Below, piece after piece: positions 17,247 to 32,577 of a DNA stretch of 64,000 nucleotides; within the stretch, counting starts at the first letter, position 1, and every line of letters begins with the position of its first letter. Origin of the DNA: an uncultured Phycisphaeraceae bacterium (GTDB lineage: Bacteria; Planctomycetota; Phycisphaerae; Phycisphaerales; UBA1924); assembly GCA_964440605.1 (NCBI GenBank), contig CAYTSW010000003.1, positions 5,421 to 69,420 of the forward strand. Reading direction: 5' to 3'. The position numbers and the translations under genes are program-made. The notes below the pieces were generated by a model. That model worked only from the letters and a program-made list of their open reading frames with translations. It ran no database searches and was not told the origin of the DNA.

Positions 17247-17960
17247 GTGGAATCGCACCCGAGACAGGACGCGACGAACGACCCGACGCCCGCCAACGCC
17301 GGGGAGTCCGAGGGCGAGGTGGCGCTGCCGATCGAGGCGCGCCCGCGACCGGCGGAGGCGCCCGTCGGGGGGATGCCTCGCAAGCGGCGCAAGGGTCCCA
17401 TCGAGTGGATCGAGGGGTTCATCTCCAAGCTGAGCACCCGCAACAACTTCTGGCACCGCGTCTGCTCGTTCGTCTGGCTGCCCTACGCCTTCCGCTCGGG
17501 CATCCGCATGAAGCGCGTCGACGCGAGCACGTTCACCGCCGTGCTCCCCTTCAAGCGCTTTAACCGCAACTGGTACAACGCGATGGCGGGCGCCAGCCTG
17601 CTGGCCAACAGCGAGATCGCGGGGGGCATGTACGTCTTCTCGGCGGTCGGCAAGGACTACACGGTGGTGTGCAAGGAGCTGGGCTATCGCTTCCTGCGCC
17701 CGTGCTTCGGGCCGGCGGTGTACCGCGTGACGCCCGAGGAAGACCTCGAGGCCCTGATCGCGACGGGCGGCGAGTTCAACATCCCGATCGTGATGAACGT
17801 GTATCAGCAGCTCAAGGTGCCGGGGACGGGCAAGGAGAAGCGCGTGGGCCGCTGCCGCGCGACGTTCCACGTGACGCCCAAGGAGCACTACCGCGAGCGT
17901 CGCCAGCGCGTGGTGGAGCGTGCGGGGGCTGGAGGTTCGGTGGGGGCCGGGGTGGAGTGA
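17247..17960 (+). CDS. Hypothetical protein (possibly hotdog-fold / DUF4442-like; assignment from memory only)
   Basis: 237-aa ORF with high third-position GC and a disordered N-terminus. An alternative start is ATG 17373 (MPRKRRKG...). I recognise no catalytic motif. Confidence 0.55.
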   Translation: MESHPRQDATNDPTPANAGESEGEVALPIEARPRPAEAPVGGMPRKRRKGPIEWIEGFISKLSTRNNFWHRVCSFVWLPYAFRSGIRMKRVDASTFTAVLPFKRFNRNWYNAMAGASLLANSEIAGGMYVFSAVGKDYTVVCKELGYRFLRPCFGPAVYRVTPEEDLEALIATGGEFNIPIVMNVYQQLKVPGTGKEKRVGRCRATFHVTPKEHYRERRQRVVERAGAGGSVGAGVE

Positions 17961-18010
17961 CGAGCCGCCGCCGCTGATCCGCTGGCGGCAAGCGTCCGTA
18001 TTCTGTCCCC

Positions 18011-19186
18011 ATGCCGGGACGCCCCACCATCCCCATCCTCACCGCGGCCGTCTGTCTCGCGTGCTCGTGGTGCTGGGTCATCGGGATGGTCCTGCCCATC
18101 TTCCTCATCGCGGACTTTGGGTTCGCGGGGTGGGTGGCGTTCGTCCTGCCCAACGTCGTCGGGGCGGCGAGCGTGGGGTTCGTGCTGCGGAATGGCGGGG
18201 CGGCGGCGCGGTTTCTTGGCGAGCAGCGCGCCGCCATGCGCGTGTTCTCGCTGGTCACGCTGGCGTTTCACGGCTTCGTGATCGCCCACCTGCCGCACTG
18301 GATGGGGGTGCTCGATGACCTGGCGGAACAGGCGCGGCTGAGCGAGGCGGCGGCGCACGTCGCGGCGCTGGTGGTCGCGGGGCTGGGCGTCGCGATGCTG
18401 ACGCGCTTCGCGTTCGAGCGGCTGGCGCGGTTGGCGTGGGGCGTGCTCGCGGTGTCGGTGGTGAGCTTCGTGCTCGCGGCTGTGACGACCTCGGGCGATG
18501 CCTTCGTGTTTCCGACGCCCGACGAGACGTACCCGTTCCCCGCGGTGTTGCTGGCGGCTCCGGCGCTCGCGCTGGGCTTTCTGACGTGCCCGTATCTGGA
18601 TCGCACGCTGGTGCGTGTGCGCGCGGAGGTGGACGCTCCGGATGGCGGCGGGCGCGGGCGGATGGCGTTTGCTGTGGGTTTCGCCGGTCCGTTTCTCGCG
18701 CTCGTGCTCATGACCGCGCTGTACGCGACGGGCATGCTGGGCACGGGGGTGTTCAGTTACTGGGTGCTGCTGCACATCTTCGTGCAGGCGGTGTACACCA
18801 GCGGGCTGCACGCGCGGGCGATGCGGGACGACGGCGTGCGCACGTGGGCGTCAATGACGGCGATGCTGGTCGGCGGGGCGGTGGGGCTGGTGATCGAGCA
18901 TCGCTGGTTCGACGACGCCTACCAGGGCTTTTTGTGGTGGTACGCGTTGCCTTTCCCGGCGTTCGTGGTGCTGCTGGTGGTCTGGGCGCGGCGGGTGACG
19001 CGGGGGGTGCTGATCGGCGCGGGGTTCGTAGTGGCGGCGGCGACGCCGGCGTTCGTGATCGGGCAGTTCGAGAGCCGCTGGGGCTGGCTGGCGGTGGGGG
19101 TGGGGATCGTGCTGTGCGGGCCGCTGGTGGTGCGGCTGATCGAAGGGAGGGGGGAAGCGACGAAGGGGGAGACCGAGGCGGAGTGA
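18011..19186 (+). CDS. Polytopic integral membrane protein, function unknown
   Basis: 391 aa, about 10 hydrophobic segments, coding-like codon bias. Confidence 0.7.
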   Translation: MPGRPTIPILTAAVCLACSWCWVIGMVLPIFLIADFGFAGWVAFVLPNVVGAASVGFVLRNGGAAARFLGEQRAAMRVFSLVTLAFHGFVIAHLPHWMGVLDDLAEQARLSEAAAHVAALVVAGLGVAMLTRFAFERLARLAWGVLAVSVVSFVLAAVTTSGDAFVFPTPDETYPFPAVLLAAPALALGFLTCPYLDRTLVRVRAEVDAPDGGGRGRMAFAVGFAGPFLALVLMTALYATGMLGTGVFSYWVLLHIFVQAVYTSGLHARAMRDDGVRTWASMTAMLVGGAVGLVIEHRWFDDAYQGFLWWYALPFPAFVVLLVVWARRVTRGVLIGAGFVVAAATPAFVIGQFESRWGWLAVGVGIVLCGPLVVRLIEGRGEATKGETEAE

Positions 19187-19439
19187 GAGATTCCGGGGTG
19201 CCCGGCTACTGCGCAGCAGAAGCCGGCGCTGGTCGTCGGATGACGCCGTTCCGGGTTCCGCTTCGCGTTGACCGGGCGCCCGAGGGCACGAGGCGGCGAT
19301 TACCGGCTGCGTGCTGCGGCGTGGGCGTGTTGAGCGTACAATCCTTGTCTGCCGGTGGGGGAGCCGCGGCGAAGCTTGAGCGGGGTCATGTGCCGGCTTC
19401 GCCGACCCGTACATCTTCCTTTCAGAGACGCCGACCCGT

Positions 19440-22175
<2,736 letters not shown>

Positions 22176-22316
22176 TCAGAACGGGCGTCGACGTCTCTTC
22201 GCGTTCGGCTCGCTCCGGGCTTTTGGGCAGCCGTCGCGTGTGGTAGTCTGGTGGAAACCGGCGCACACACGCGGGCCCTCGGTGGTGGGCCGTGGCGCCT
22301 CAGCGGAGACGCGGGC

Positions 22317-22667
22317 ATGGCGATCGAGTGGTCGAAGGACATCGTGGTGTGCGACTTGGGCGAAGAGCCCGAACTCTCTGAGGAGTTGGGCGATCTGTTC
22401 CAGCGCCTGCAAGAGCAGGGCGGCGAGACGCCGAGCGTGGTGCTGAACCTCGCGGGGGTGTCGTACCTCAACTCGTCCAACCTCGCGCAGATGCTCCGCC
22501 TGCGCAAGACGCTTGTGGAGCGTGGCGGGCGGCTGAAGCTCGCGGCGGTCGCGGACCCGGTGTGGTCGATCATGCTGCTGACGGGGCTGGACAAGGTCTT
22601 TCAGTTCGCGCCGGACAAGGCGACGGCGATCGCGTCCTTGCAGCTCGAGCGTGAGAACCGGCAATAG
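22317..22667 (+). CDS. STAS-domain protein (anti-sigma-factor antagonist family)
   Basis: ATG 22317 (MAIEWSKDIVVCDL...) follows GGAGA. STAS-like VVLNLAGVSYLNSSNLAQMLRLRK...GGRLKLAAV. Confidence 0.8.
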   Translation: MAIEWSKDIVVCDLGEEPELSEELGDLFQRLQEQGGETPSVVLNLAGVSYLNSSNLAQMLRLRKTLVERGGRLKLAAVADPVWSIMLLTGLDKVFQFAPDKATAIASLQLERENRQ

Positions 22668-22937
22668 CGCCGATCTCGGGTTCGTGGGTGCAATCGCCCG
22701 TCGATGGTGGGCGTTGGGACCGTGACCCGGGGTCCATGGCGGGGGTGAGCATTTCATCTCGGGCGAGCCCTTGCGAAGGCCCGGTGGGGATCCCTAGTCT
22801 GATTGGACGCGATTTCTGGAACACGCGGGTGAGGGAGGCGTCGGAACCCGAAGTGGGGTTCCTTCGGATGGAAGTAGCGCGGCCTCGATGTCGCCCGCAC
22901 AGCCCCCTATTTGAGCCGCTCGAGCAGTAGCAGGAGC

Positions 22938-24860
22938 ATGAACATGACCCAGCGCCCCTTTGTCGGACGCTTCGCCACGGTCGCCGTTGGACTCGGCCTC
23001 GCCGTCGGTGTCGCCACCGCGGCGCCGCAGGATTTCAGCGATGACTTCAACGACGGCGACTTCACGCCCGACCGATTTCTGCTGGACACGGACGGGAACC
23101 TGGCGACGGGGGCGGATCAGGAGCCCACGCCGCTGTGGATGCCGATCTTTGGTTCGGACCGCAACCCGACGTCGTCGGTGATCCGGATCGACGAGAACCG
23201 CAAGACGGGGTACCTGCGCTTCCGCTCGCCGCGCAACCGCAACACGCACTCGTACGCGGGCTACATCGCCAACGGATGGAGCTTCGACCCGCTCGACCCG
23301 CTCGACTCGCCGCTGATCCCCGGCGGCTCGATCACCTTGCCCGAGGACGAGGCGCAGGCGATCGAGACGACCCCGCTCCGACTGATCGGGCTGCCCGACG
23401 ACTTCAGCTTCACGGTCGAGGCGAGCTTCGGCTTCAACGTGCTGCGCCCGGCCATCAACGATCCCGTCGGCGCGCTGACCGAGCGCGGCATGACGATCGC
23501 GCTGCTCGACACGGGGATGGTGGACATCGGGTACGGGAGTCTCAACGACGGGGCACTGGTCAACACGGGCGTGGAAGTCGCGATCGAGAATCTCCAGGGG
23601 CTGAACGCTCTTCAGTTCCGGCTGACGCGTTGGGAGGGCGGGGTCGCGGTGCAGGAGGACACAACGCTGTTCGATCCTTTCACCAGCTTCGAGGGCACGG
23701 TCGCGGTTTCGTATCAGAACAATCCGGTTGTCCAGGACCAGTATCTGGTGAGCTTCACCGATCGCTTCAACCGGGTCTCGGTGCTGACGATCGGCGGCGT
23801 GTACGGCGGACGCGATTCGGACGAAGGCGGCCCCATCGAGCAGATGGGCGCCTGCTGCTTCGACGATAACACCTGCGTTGACGCGGTGACCTCGTCGCAG
23901 TGCGAGTCGGCCGACGGCGACTTCCGCGGGGAGGACGCCGACTGCGATCAGGGCAACTGCACGCTGATGCCCGACGGCGACGGCGAAGACATCGGTGCCT
24001 GCTGCTTCGACGACACCAACGACTGTTTCGATGGTGCCGAGGAGCAGGAATGCGACGCCGCGGGCGGTGACTGGCGCGGCATTGGCTCGACGTGCGATAT
24101 GGGCAACTGCGTGCTCGAAGACATGATGGGTATGCCACTGCCCGAGGGCGCGTGCTGCCTCGACGACGACACCTGCGTCGAAGTCGGTGCGGTGGATTGC
24201 CTGATGATGAGCGGCATCTTTCAGGGCCAGGGCGTGGGCTGCGTCGGTGCGTGCCTCGGCGCGACTGAGATGGGTGCCTGCTGCATCCCGGACGAAGACT
24301 GCATAGAGGTCGAGGCCGACGAGTGCCTCGCCATGGGTGGTCAGTTCCAAGGCGCCGGCACGGGCTGCGTCGGTGCGTGTACCGGCGGGGCTGATGGCGG
24401 CGATGACGGCGTGATCGACACCGAGATGTTCATGAACGTCATTCAGCCCTCGCTGTTCATCGGTGTCTACTCGGAGCGTTGCACCCGCCCCATCCGCCCG
24501 CAGACCACCTTCTTCGACTCGCTCATCATGAACGAACTCACTTTCCAGCTCGACGGGAACCTGAACTTCGATCCGGACCCCGACTTCGATGGGGATGGCG
24601 ACGTCGATCGCTTCGACATGGCCGCGGCTCTGACCGCCTTCCCGCCCGTTCGAGACGAGTTGCTGCTGGCGATCCTGACCGATGCCGGTGGTCCCACGCC
24701 CGATCAGTTCATCCGCCCGCGTCAGTACAACCGAGCGGTGAACCGCTGGTACAAGCGCAACGTGATCCCCGCATTCGCGGGGCAGCGCAACCGCGCCGAG
24801 CGCCGGAATGACCGCCGCAAGCTCTTCGGCCTGCGTGAGCTTGTCTTCCCCGGTAGCTGA
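22938..24860 (+). CDS. Secreted protein with four tandem six-Cys modules and a dockerin-like C-terminal segment
   Basis: Signal peptide (FATVAVGLGLAVGVATAAP). Four GACC.(D)D..C........C...GG.F.G.G..C....C modules at about nt 23847..24380. DFDGDGDVDRFDMAAAL near the C-terminus. Start could be 22938 or 22944 (AGGAG upstream). Confidence 0.75.
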   Translation: MNMTQRPFVGRFATVAVGLGLAVGVATAAPQDFSDDFNDGDFTPDRFLLDTDGNLATGADQEPTPLWMPIFGSDRNPTSSVIRIDENRKTGYLRFRSPRNRNTHSYAGYIANGWSFDPLDPLDSPLIPGGSITLPEDEAQAIETTPLRLIGLPDDFSFTVEASFGFNVLRPAINDPVGALTERGMTIALLDTGMVDIGYGSLNDGALVNTGVEVAIENLQGLNALQFRLTRWEGGVAVQEDTTLFDPFTSFEGTVAVSYQNNPVVQDQYLVSFTDRFNRVSVLTIGGVYGGRDSDEGGPIEQMGACCFDDNTCVDAVTSSQCESADGDFRGEDADCDQGNCTLMPDGDGEDIGACCFDDTNDCFDGAEEQECDAAGGDWRGIGSTCDMGNCVLEDMMGMPLPEGACCLDDDTCVEVGAVDCLMMSGIFQGQGVGCVGACLGATEMGACCIPDEDCIEVEADECLAMGGQFQGAGTGCVGACTGGADGGDDGVIDTEMFMNVIQPSLFIGVYSERCTRPIRPQTTFFDSLIMNELTFQLDGNLNFDPDPDFDGDGDVDRFDMAAALTAFPPVRDELLLAILTDAGGPTPDQFIRPRQYNRAVNRWYKRNVIPAFAGQRNRAERRNDRRKLFGLRELVFPGS

Positions 24861-24886
24861 CCGCTCGCCCGCACGAGTGTTCCAAG

Positions 24887-24922
24887 CACGACAGCGCCCG
24901 CCGATCGGCGGGCGCTGTCGTG
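24887..24922. other. Terminator-type GC hairpin whose loop centre is the palindrome axis
   Basis: CACGACAGCGCCCGCC-GATC-GGCGGGCGCTGTCGTG, starting 27 nt after the stop codon at 24858..24860. Same style as other terminators in the window (GCCCGCC-NNNN-GGCGGGC). Confidence 0.6.
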
Positions 24923-24948
24923 CTTGGAACACTCGTGCGGGCGAGCGG

Positions 24949-26871
24949 TCAGCTACCGGGGAAGACAAGCTCACGCAGGCCGAAGAGCTTGCGGCGGTCA
25001 TTCCGGCGCTCGGCGCGGTTGCGCTGCCCCGCGAATGCGGGGATCACGTTGCGCTTGTACCAGCGGTTCACCGCTCGGTTGTACTGACGCGGGCGGATGA
25101 ACTGATCGGGCGTGGGACCACCGGCATCGGTCAGGATCGCCAGCAGCAACTCGTCTCGAACGGGCGGGAAGGCGGTCAGAGCCGCGGCCATGTCGAAGCG
25201 ATCGACGTCGCCATCCCCATCGAAGTCGGGGTCCGGATCGAAGTTCAGGTTCCCGTCGAGCTGGAAAGTGAGTTCGTTCATGATGAGCGAGTCGAAGAAG
25301 GTGGTCTGCGGGCGGATGGGGCGGGTGCAACGCTCCGAGTAGACACCGATGAACAGCGAGGGCTGAATGACGTTCATGAACATCTCGGTGTCGATCACGC
25401 CGTCATCGCCGCCATCAGCCCCGCCGGTACACGCACCGACGCAGCCCGTGCCGGCGCCTTGGAACTGACCACCCATGGCGAGGCACTCGTCGGCCTCGAC
25501 CTCTATGCAGTCTTCGTCCGGGATGCAGCAGGCACCCATCTCAGTCGCGCCGAGGCACGCACCGACGCAGCCCACGCCCTGGCCCTGAAAGATGCCGCTC
25601 ATCATCAGGCAATCCACCGCACCGACTTCGACGCAGGTGTCGTCGTCGAGGCAGCACGCGCCCTCGGGCAGTGGCATACCCATCATGTCTTCGAGCACGC
25701 AGTTGCCCATATCGCACGTCGAGCCAATGCCGCGCCAGTCACCGCCCGCGGCGTCGCATTCCTGCTCCTCGGCACCATCGAAACAGTCGTTGGTGTCGTC
25801 GAAGCAGCAGGCACCGATGTCTTCGCCGTCGCCGTCGGGCATCAGCGTGCAGTTGCCCTGATCGCAGTCGGCGTCCTCCCCGCGGAAGTCGCCGTCGGCC
25901 GACTCGCACTGCGACGAGGTCACCGCGTCAACGCAGGTGTTATCGTCGAAGCAGCAGGCGCCCATCTGCTCGATGGGGCCGCCTTCGTCCGAATCGCGTC
26001 CGCCGTACACGCCGCCGATCGTCAGCACCGAGACCCGGTTGAAGCGATCGGTGAAGCTCACCAGATACTGGTCCTGGACAACCGGATTGTTCTGATACGA
26101 AACCGCGACCGTGCCCTCGAAGCTGGTGAAAGGATCGAACAGCGTTGTGTCCTCCTGCACCGCGACCCCGCCCTCCCAACGCGTCAGCCGGAACTGAAGA
26201 GCGTTCAGCCCCTGGAGATTCTCGATCGCGACTTCCACGCCCGTGTTGACCAGTGCCCCGTCGTTGAGACTCCCGTACCCGATGTCCACCATCCCCGTGT
26301 CGAGCAGCGCGATCGTCATGCCGCGCTCGGTCAGCGCGCCGACGGGATCGTTGATGGCCGGGCGCAGCACGTTGAAGCCGAAGCTCGCCTCGACCGTGAA
26401 GCTGAAGTCGTCGGGCAGCCCGATCAGTCGGAGCGGGGTCGTCTCGATCGCCTGCGCCTCGTCCTCGGGCAAGGTGATCGAGCCGCCGGGGATCAGCGGC
26501 GAGTCGAGCGGGTCGAGCGGGTCGAAGCTCCATCCGTTGGCGATGTAGCCCGCGTACGAGTGCGTGTTGCGGTTGCGCGGCGAGCGGAAGCGCAGGTACC
26601 CCGTCTTGCGGTTCTCGTCGATCCGGATCACCGACGACGTCGGGTTGCGGTCCGAACCAAAGATCGGCATCCACAGCGGCGTGGGCTCCTGATCCGCCCC
26701 CGTCGCCAGGTTCCCGTCCGTGTCCAGCAGAAATCGGTCGGGCGTGAAGTCGCCGTCGTTGAAGTCATCGCTGAAATCCTGCGGCGCCGCGGTGGCGACA
26801 CCGACGGCGAGGCCGAGTCCAACGGCGACCGTGGCGAAGCGTCCGACAAAGGGGCGCTGGGTCATGTTCAT
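24949..26871 (-). CDS. Secreted six-Cys-module / dockerin-like protein (mirror copy)
   Basis: Mirror of 22938..24860; identical translation. Confidence 0.75.
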   Translation of the reverse strand: MNMTQRPFVGRFATVAVGLGLAVGVATAAPQDFSDDFNDGDFTPDRFLLDTDGNLATGADQEPTPLWMPIFGSDRNPTSSVIRIDENRKTGYLRFRSPRNRNTHSYAGYIANGWSFDPLDPLDSPLIPGGSITLPEDEAQAIETTPLRLIGLPDDFSFTVEASFGFNVLRPAINDPVGALTERGMTIALLDTGMVDIGYGSLNDGALVNTGVEVAIENLQGLNALQFRLTRWEGGVAVQEDTTLFDPFTSFEGTVAVSYQNNPVVQDQYLVSFTDRFNRVSVLTIGGVYGGRDSDEGGPIEQMGACCFDDNTCVDAVTSSQCESADGDFRGEDADCDQGNCTLMPDGDGEDIGACCFDDTNDCFDGAEEQECDAAGGDWRGIGSTCDMGNCVLEDMMGMPLPEGACCLDDDTCVEVGAVDCLMMSGIFQGQGVGCVGACLGATEMGACCIPDEDCIEVEADECLAMGGQFQGAGTGCVGACTGGADGGDDGVIDTEMFMNVIQPSLFIGVYSERCTRPIRPQTTFFDSLIMNELTFQLDGNLNFDPDPDFDGDGDVDRFDMAAALTAFPPVRDELLLAILTDAGGPTPDQFIRPRQYNRAVNRWYKRNVIPAFAGQRNRAERRNDRRKLFGLRELVFPGS

Positions 26872-27141
26872 GCTCCTGCTACTGCTCGAGCGGCTCAAAT
26901 AGGGGGCTGTGCGGGCGACATCGAGGCCGCGCTACTTCCATCCGAAGGAACCCCACTTCGGGTTCCGACGCCTCCCTCACCCGCGTGTTCCAGAAATCGC
27001 GTCCAATCAGACTAGGGATCCCCACCGGGCCTTCGCAAGGGCTCGCCCGAGATGAAATGCTCACCCCCGCCATGGACCCCGGGTCACGGTCCCAACGCCC
27101 ACCATCGACGGGCGATTGCACCCACGAACCCGAGATCGGCG

Positions 27142-27492
27142 CTATTGCCGGTTCTCACGCTCGAGCTGCAAGGACGCGATCGCCGTCGCCTTGTCCGGCG
27201 CGAACTGAAAGACCTTGTCCAGCCCCGTCAGCAGCATGATCGACCACACCGGGTCCGCGACCGCCGCGAGCTTCAGCCGCCCGCCACGCTCCACAAGCGT
27301 CTTGCGCAGGCGGAGCATCTGCGCGAGGTTGGACGAGTTGAGGTACGACACCCCCGCGAGGTTCAGCACCACGCTCGGCGTCTCGCCGCCCTGCTCTTGC
27401 AGGCGCTGGAACAGATCGCCCAACTCCTCAGAGAGTTCGGGCTCTTCGCCCAAGTCGCACACCACGATGTCCTTCGACCACTCGATCGCCAT
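27142..27492 (-). CDS. STAS-domain protein (mirror copy)
   Basis: Mirror of 22317..22667; identical translation. Confidence 0.8.
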   Translation of the reverse strand: MAIEWSKDIVVCDLGEEPELSEELGDLFQRLQEQGGETPSVVLNLAGVSYLNSSNLAQMLRLRKTLVERGGRLKLAAVADPVWSIMLLTGLDKVFQFAPDKATAIASLQLERENRQ

Positions 27493-27633
27493 GCCCGCGT
27501 CTCCGCTGAGGCGCCACGGCCCACCACCGAGGGCCCGCGTGTGTGCGCCGGTTTCCACCAGACTACCACACGCGACGGCTGCCCAAAAGCCCGGAGCGAG
27601 CCGAACGCGAAGAGACGTCGACGCCCGTTCTGA

Positions 27634-30369
<2,736 letters not shown>

Positions 30370-30622
30370 ACGGGTCGGCGTCTCTGAAAGGAAGATGTAC
30401 GGGTCGGCGAAGCCGGCACATGACCCCGCTCAAGCTTCGCCGCGGCTCCCCCACCGGCAGACAAGGATTGTACGCTCAACACGCCCACGCCGCAGCACGC
30501 AGCCGGTAATCGCCGCCTCGTGCCCTCGGGCGCCCGGTCAACGCGAAGCGGAACCCGGAACGGCGTCATCCGACGACCAGCGCCGGCTTCTGCTGCGCAG
30601 TAGCCGGGCACCCCGGAATCTC

Positions 30623-31798
30623 TCACTCCGCCTCGGTCTCCCCCTTCGTCGCTTCCCCCCTCCCTTCGATCAGCCGCACCACCAGCGGCCCGCACAGCAC
30701 GATCCCCACCCCCACCGCCAGCCAGCCCCAGCGGCTCTCGAACTGCCCGATCACGAACGCCGGCGTCGCCGCCGCCACTACGAACCCCGCGCCGATCAGC
30801 ACCCCCCGCGTCACCCGCCGCGCCCAGACCACCAGCAGCACCACGAACGCCGGGAAAGGCAACGCGTACCACCACAAAAAGCCCTGGTAGGCGTCGTCGA
30901 ACCAGCGATGCTCGATCACCAGCCCCACCGCCCCGCCGACCAGCATCGCCGTCATTGACGCCCACGTGCGCACGCCGTCGTCCCGCATCGCCCGCGCGTG
31001 CAGCCCGCTGGTGTACACCGCCTGCACGAAGATGTGCAGCAGCACCCAGTAACTGAACACCCCCGTGCCCAGCATGCCCGTCGCGTACAGCGCGGTCATG
31101 AGCACGAGCGCGAGAAACGGACCGGCGAAACCCACAGCAAACGCCATCCGCCCGCGCCCGCCGCCATCCGGAGCGTCCACCTCCGCGCGCACACGCACCA
31201 GCGTGCGATCCAGATACGGGCACGTCAGAAAGCCCAGCGCGAGCGCCGGAGCCGCCAGCAACACCGCGGGGAACGGGTACGTCTCGTCGGGCGTCGGAAA
31301 CACGAAGGCATCGCCCGAGGTCGTCACAGCCGCGAGCACGAAGCTCACCACCGACACCGCGAGCACGCCCCACGCCAACCGCGCCAGCCGCTCGAACGCG
31401 AAGCGCGTCAGCATCGCGACGCCCAGCCCCGCGACCACCAGCGCCGCGACGTGCGCCGCCGCCTCGCTCAGCCGCGCCTGTTCCGCCAGGTCATCGAGCA
31501 CCCCCATCCAGTGCGGCAGGTGGGCGATCACGAAGCCGTGAAACGCCAGCGTGACCAGCGAGAACACGCGCATGGCGGCGCGCTGCTCGCCAAGAAACCG
31601 CGCCGCCGCCCCGCCATTCCGCAGCACGAACCCCACGCTCGCCGCCCCGACGACGTTGGGCAGGACGAACGCCACCCACCCCGCGAACCCAAAGTCCGCG
31701 ATGAGGAAGATGGGCAGGACCATCCCGATGACCCAGCACCACGAGCACGCGAGACAGACGGCCGCGGTGAGGATGGGGATGGTGGGGCGTCCCGGCAT
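30623..31798 (-). CDS. Polytopic integral membrane protein (mirror copy)
   Basis: Mirror of 18011..19186; identical translation. Confidence 0.7.
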   Translation of the reverse strand: MPGRPTIPILTAAVCLACSWCWVIGMVLPIFLIADFGFAGWVAFVLPNVVGAASVGFVLRNGGAAARFLGEQRAAMRVFSLVTLAFHGFVIAHLPHWMGVLDDLAEQARLSEAAAHVAALVVAGLGVAMLTRFAFERLARLAWGVLAVSVVSFVLAAVTTSGDAFVFPTPDETYPFPAVLLAAPALALGFLTCPYLDRTLVRVRAEVDAPDGGGRGRMAFAVGFAGPFLALVLMTALYATGMLGTGVFSYWVLLHIFVQAVYTSGLHARAMRDDGVRTWASMTAMLVGGAVGLVIEHRWFDDAYQGFLWWYALPFPAFVVLLVVWARRVTRGVLIGAGFVVAAATPAFVIGQFESRWGWLAVGVGIVLCGPLVVRLIEGRGEATKGETEAE

Positions 31799-31848
31799 GG
31801 GGACAGAATACGGACGCTTGCCGCCAGCGGATCAGCGGCGGCGGCTCG

Positions 31849-32562
31849 TCACTCCACCCCGGCCCCCACCGAACCTCCAGCCCCCGCACGCTCCACCACG
31901 CGCTGGCGACGCTCGCGGTAGTGCTCCTTGGGCGTCACGTGGAACGTCGCGCGGCAGCGGCCCACGCGCTTCTCCTTGCCCGTCCCCGGCACCTTGAGCT
32001 GCTGATACACGTTCATCACGATCGGGATGTTGAACTCGCCGCCCGTCGCGATCAGGGCCTCGAGGTCTTCCTCGGGCGTCACGCGGTACACCGCCGGCCC
32101 GAAGCACGGGCGCAGGAAGCGATAGCCCAGCTCCTTGCACACCACCGTGTAGTCCTTGCCGACCGCCGAGAAGACGTACATGCCCCCCGCGATCTCGCTG
32201 TTGGCCAGCAGGCTGGCGCCCGCCATCGCGTTGTACCAGTTGCGGTTAAAGCGCTTGAAGGGGAGCACGGCGGTGAACGTGCTCGCGTCGACGCGCTTCA
32301 TGCGGATGCCCGAGCGGAAGGCGTAGGGCAGCCAGACGAACGAGCAGACGCGGTGCCAGAAGTTGTTGCGGGTGCTCAGCTTGGAGATGAACCCCTCGAT
32401 CCACTCGATGGGACCCTTGCGCCGCTTGCGAGGCATCCCCCCGACGGGCGCCTCCGCCGGTCGCGGGCGCGCCTCGATCGGCAGCGCCACCTCGCCCTCG
32501 GACTCCCCGGCGTTGGCGGGCGTCGGGTCGTTCGTCGCGTCCTGTCTCGGGTGCGATTCCAC
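31849..32562 (-). CDS. Hypothetical protein (mirror copy)
   Basis: Mirror of 17247..17960; identical translation. Confidence 0.55.
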   Translation of the reverse strand: MESHPRQDATNDPTPANAGESEGEVALPIEARPRPAEAPVGGMPRKRRKGPIEWIEGFISKLSTRNNFWHRVCSFVWLPYAFRSGIRMKRVDASTFTAVLPFKRFNRNWYNAMAGASLLANSEIAGGMYVFSAVGKDYTVVCKELGYRFLRPCFGPAVYRVTPEEDLEALIATGGEFNIPIVMNVYQQLKVPGTGKEKRVGRCRATFHVTPKEHYRERRQRVVERAGAGGSVGAGVE

Positions 32563-32577
32563 GGGGCAAGTCTACGG

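Noticed and set aside
19337-19342. TACAAT hexamer about 100 nt upstream of gyrA as a possible -10 box.
   Set aside because: There is no acceptable -35 at 16-18 nt spacing (TTGAGC is only 1 nt away), and promoter consensus for this lineage is unknown.
22818-22842. GGAAC-N16-CGTC, an ECF-sigma-type promoter-like motif 96 nt upstream of the Cys-rich protein gene (mirror 26967..26991).
   Set aside because: It is a short degenerate motif in GC-rich DNA and could arise by chance. Without TSS data or recurrence upstream of other genes it cannot be supported as a feature.
22794-27015. Two identical 735-aa ORFs (22794..25001 minus and 24808..27015 plus) that read across the palindrome axis.
   Set aside because: They are antisense to the Cys-rich protein gene and have junk-like composition. 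That they are identical and cross the axis follows automatically from the symmetry, and is not evidence of a gene.
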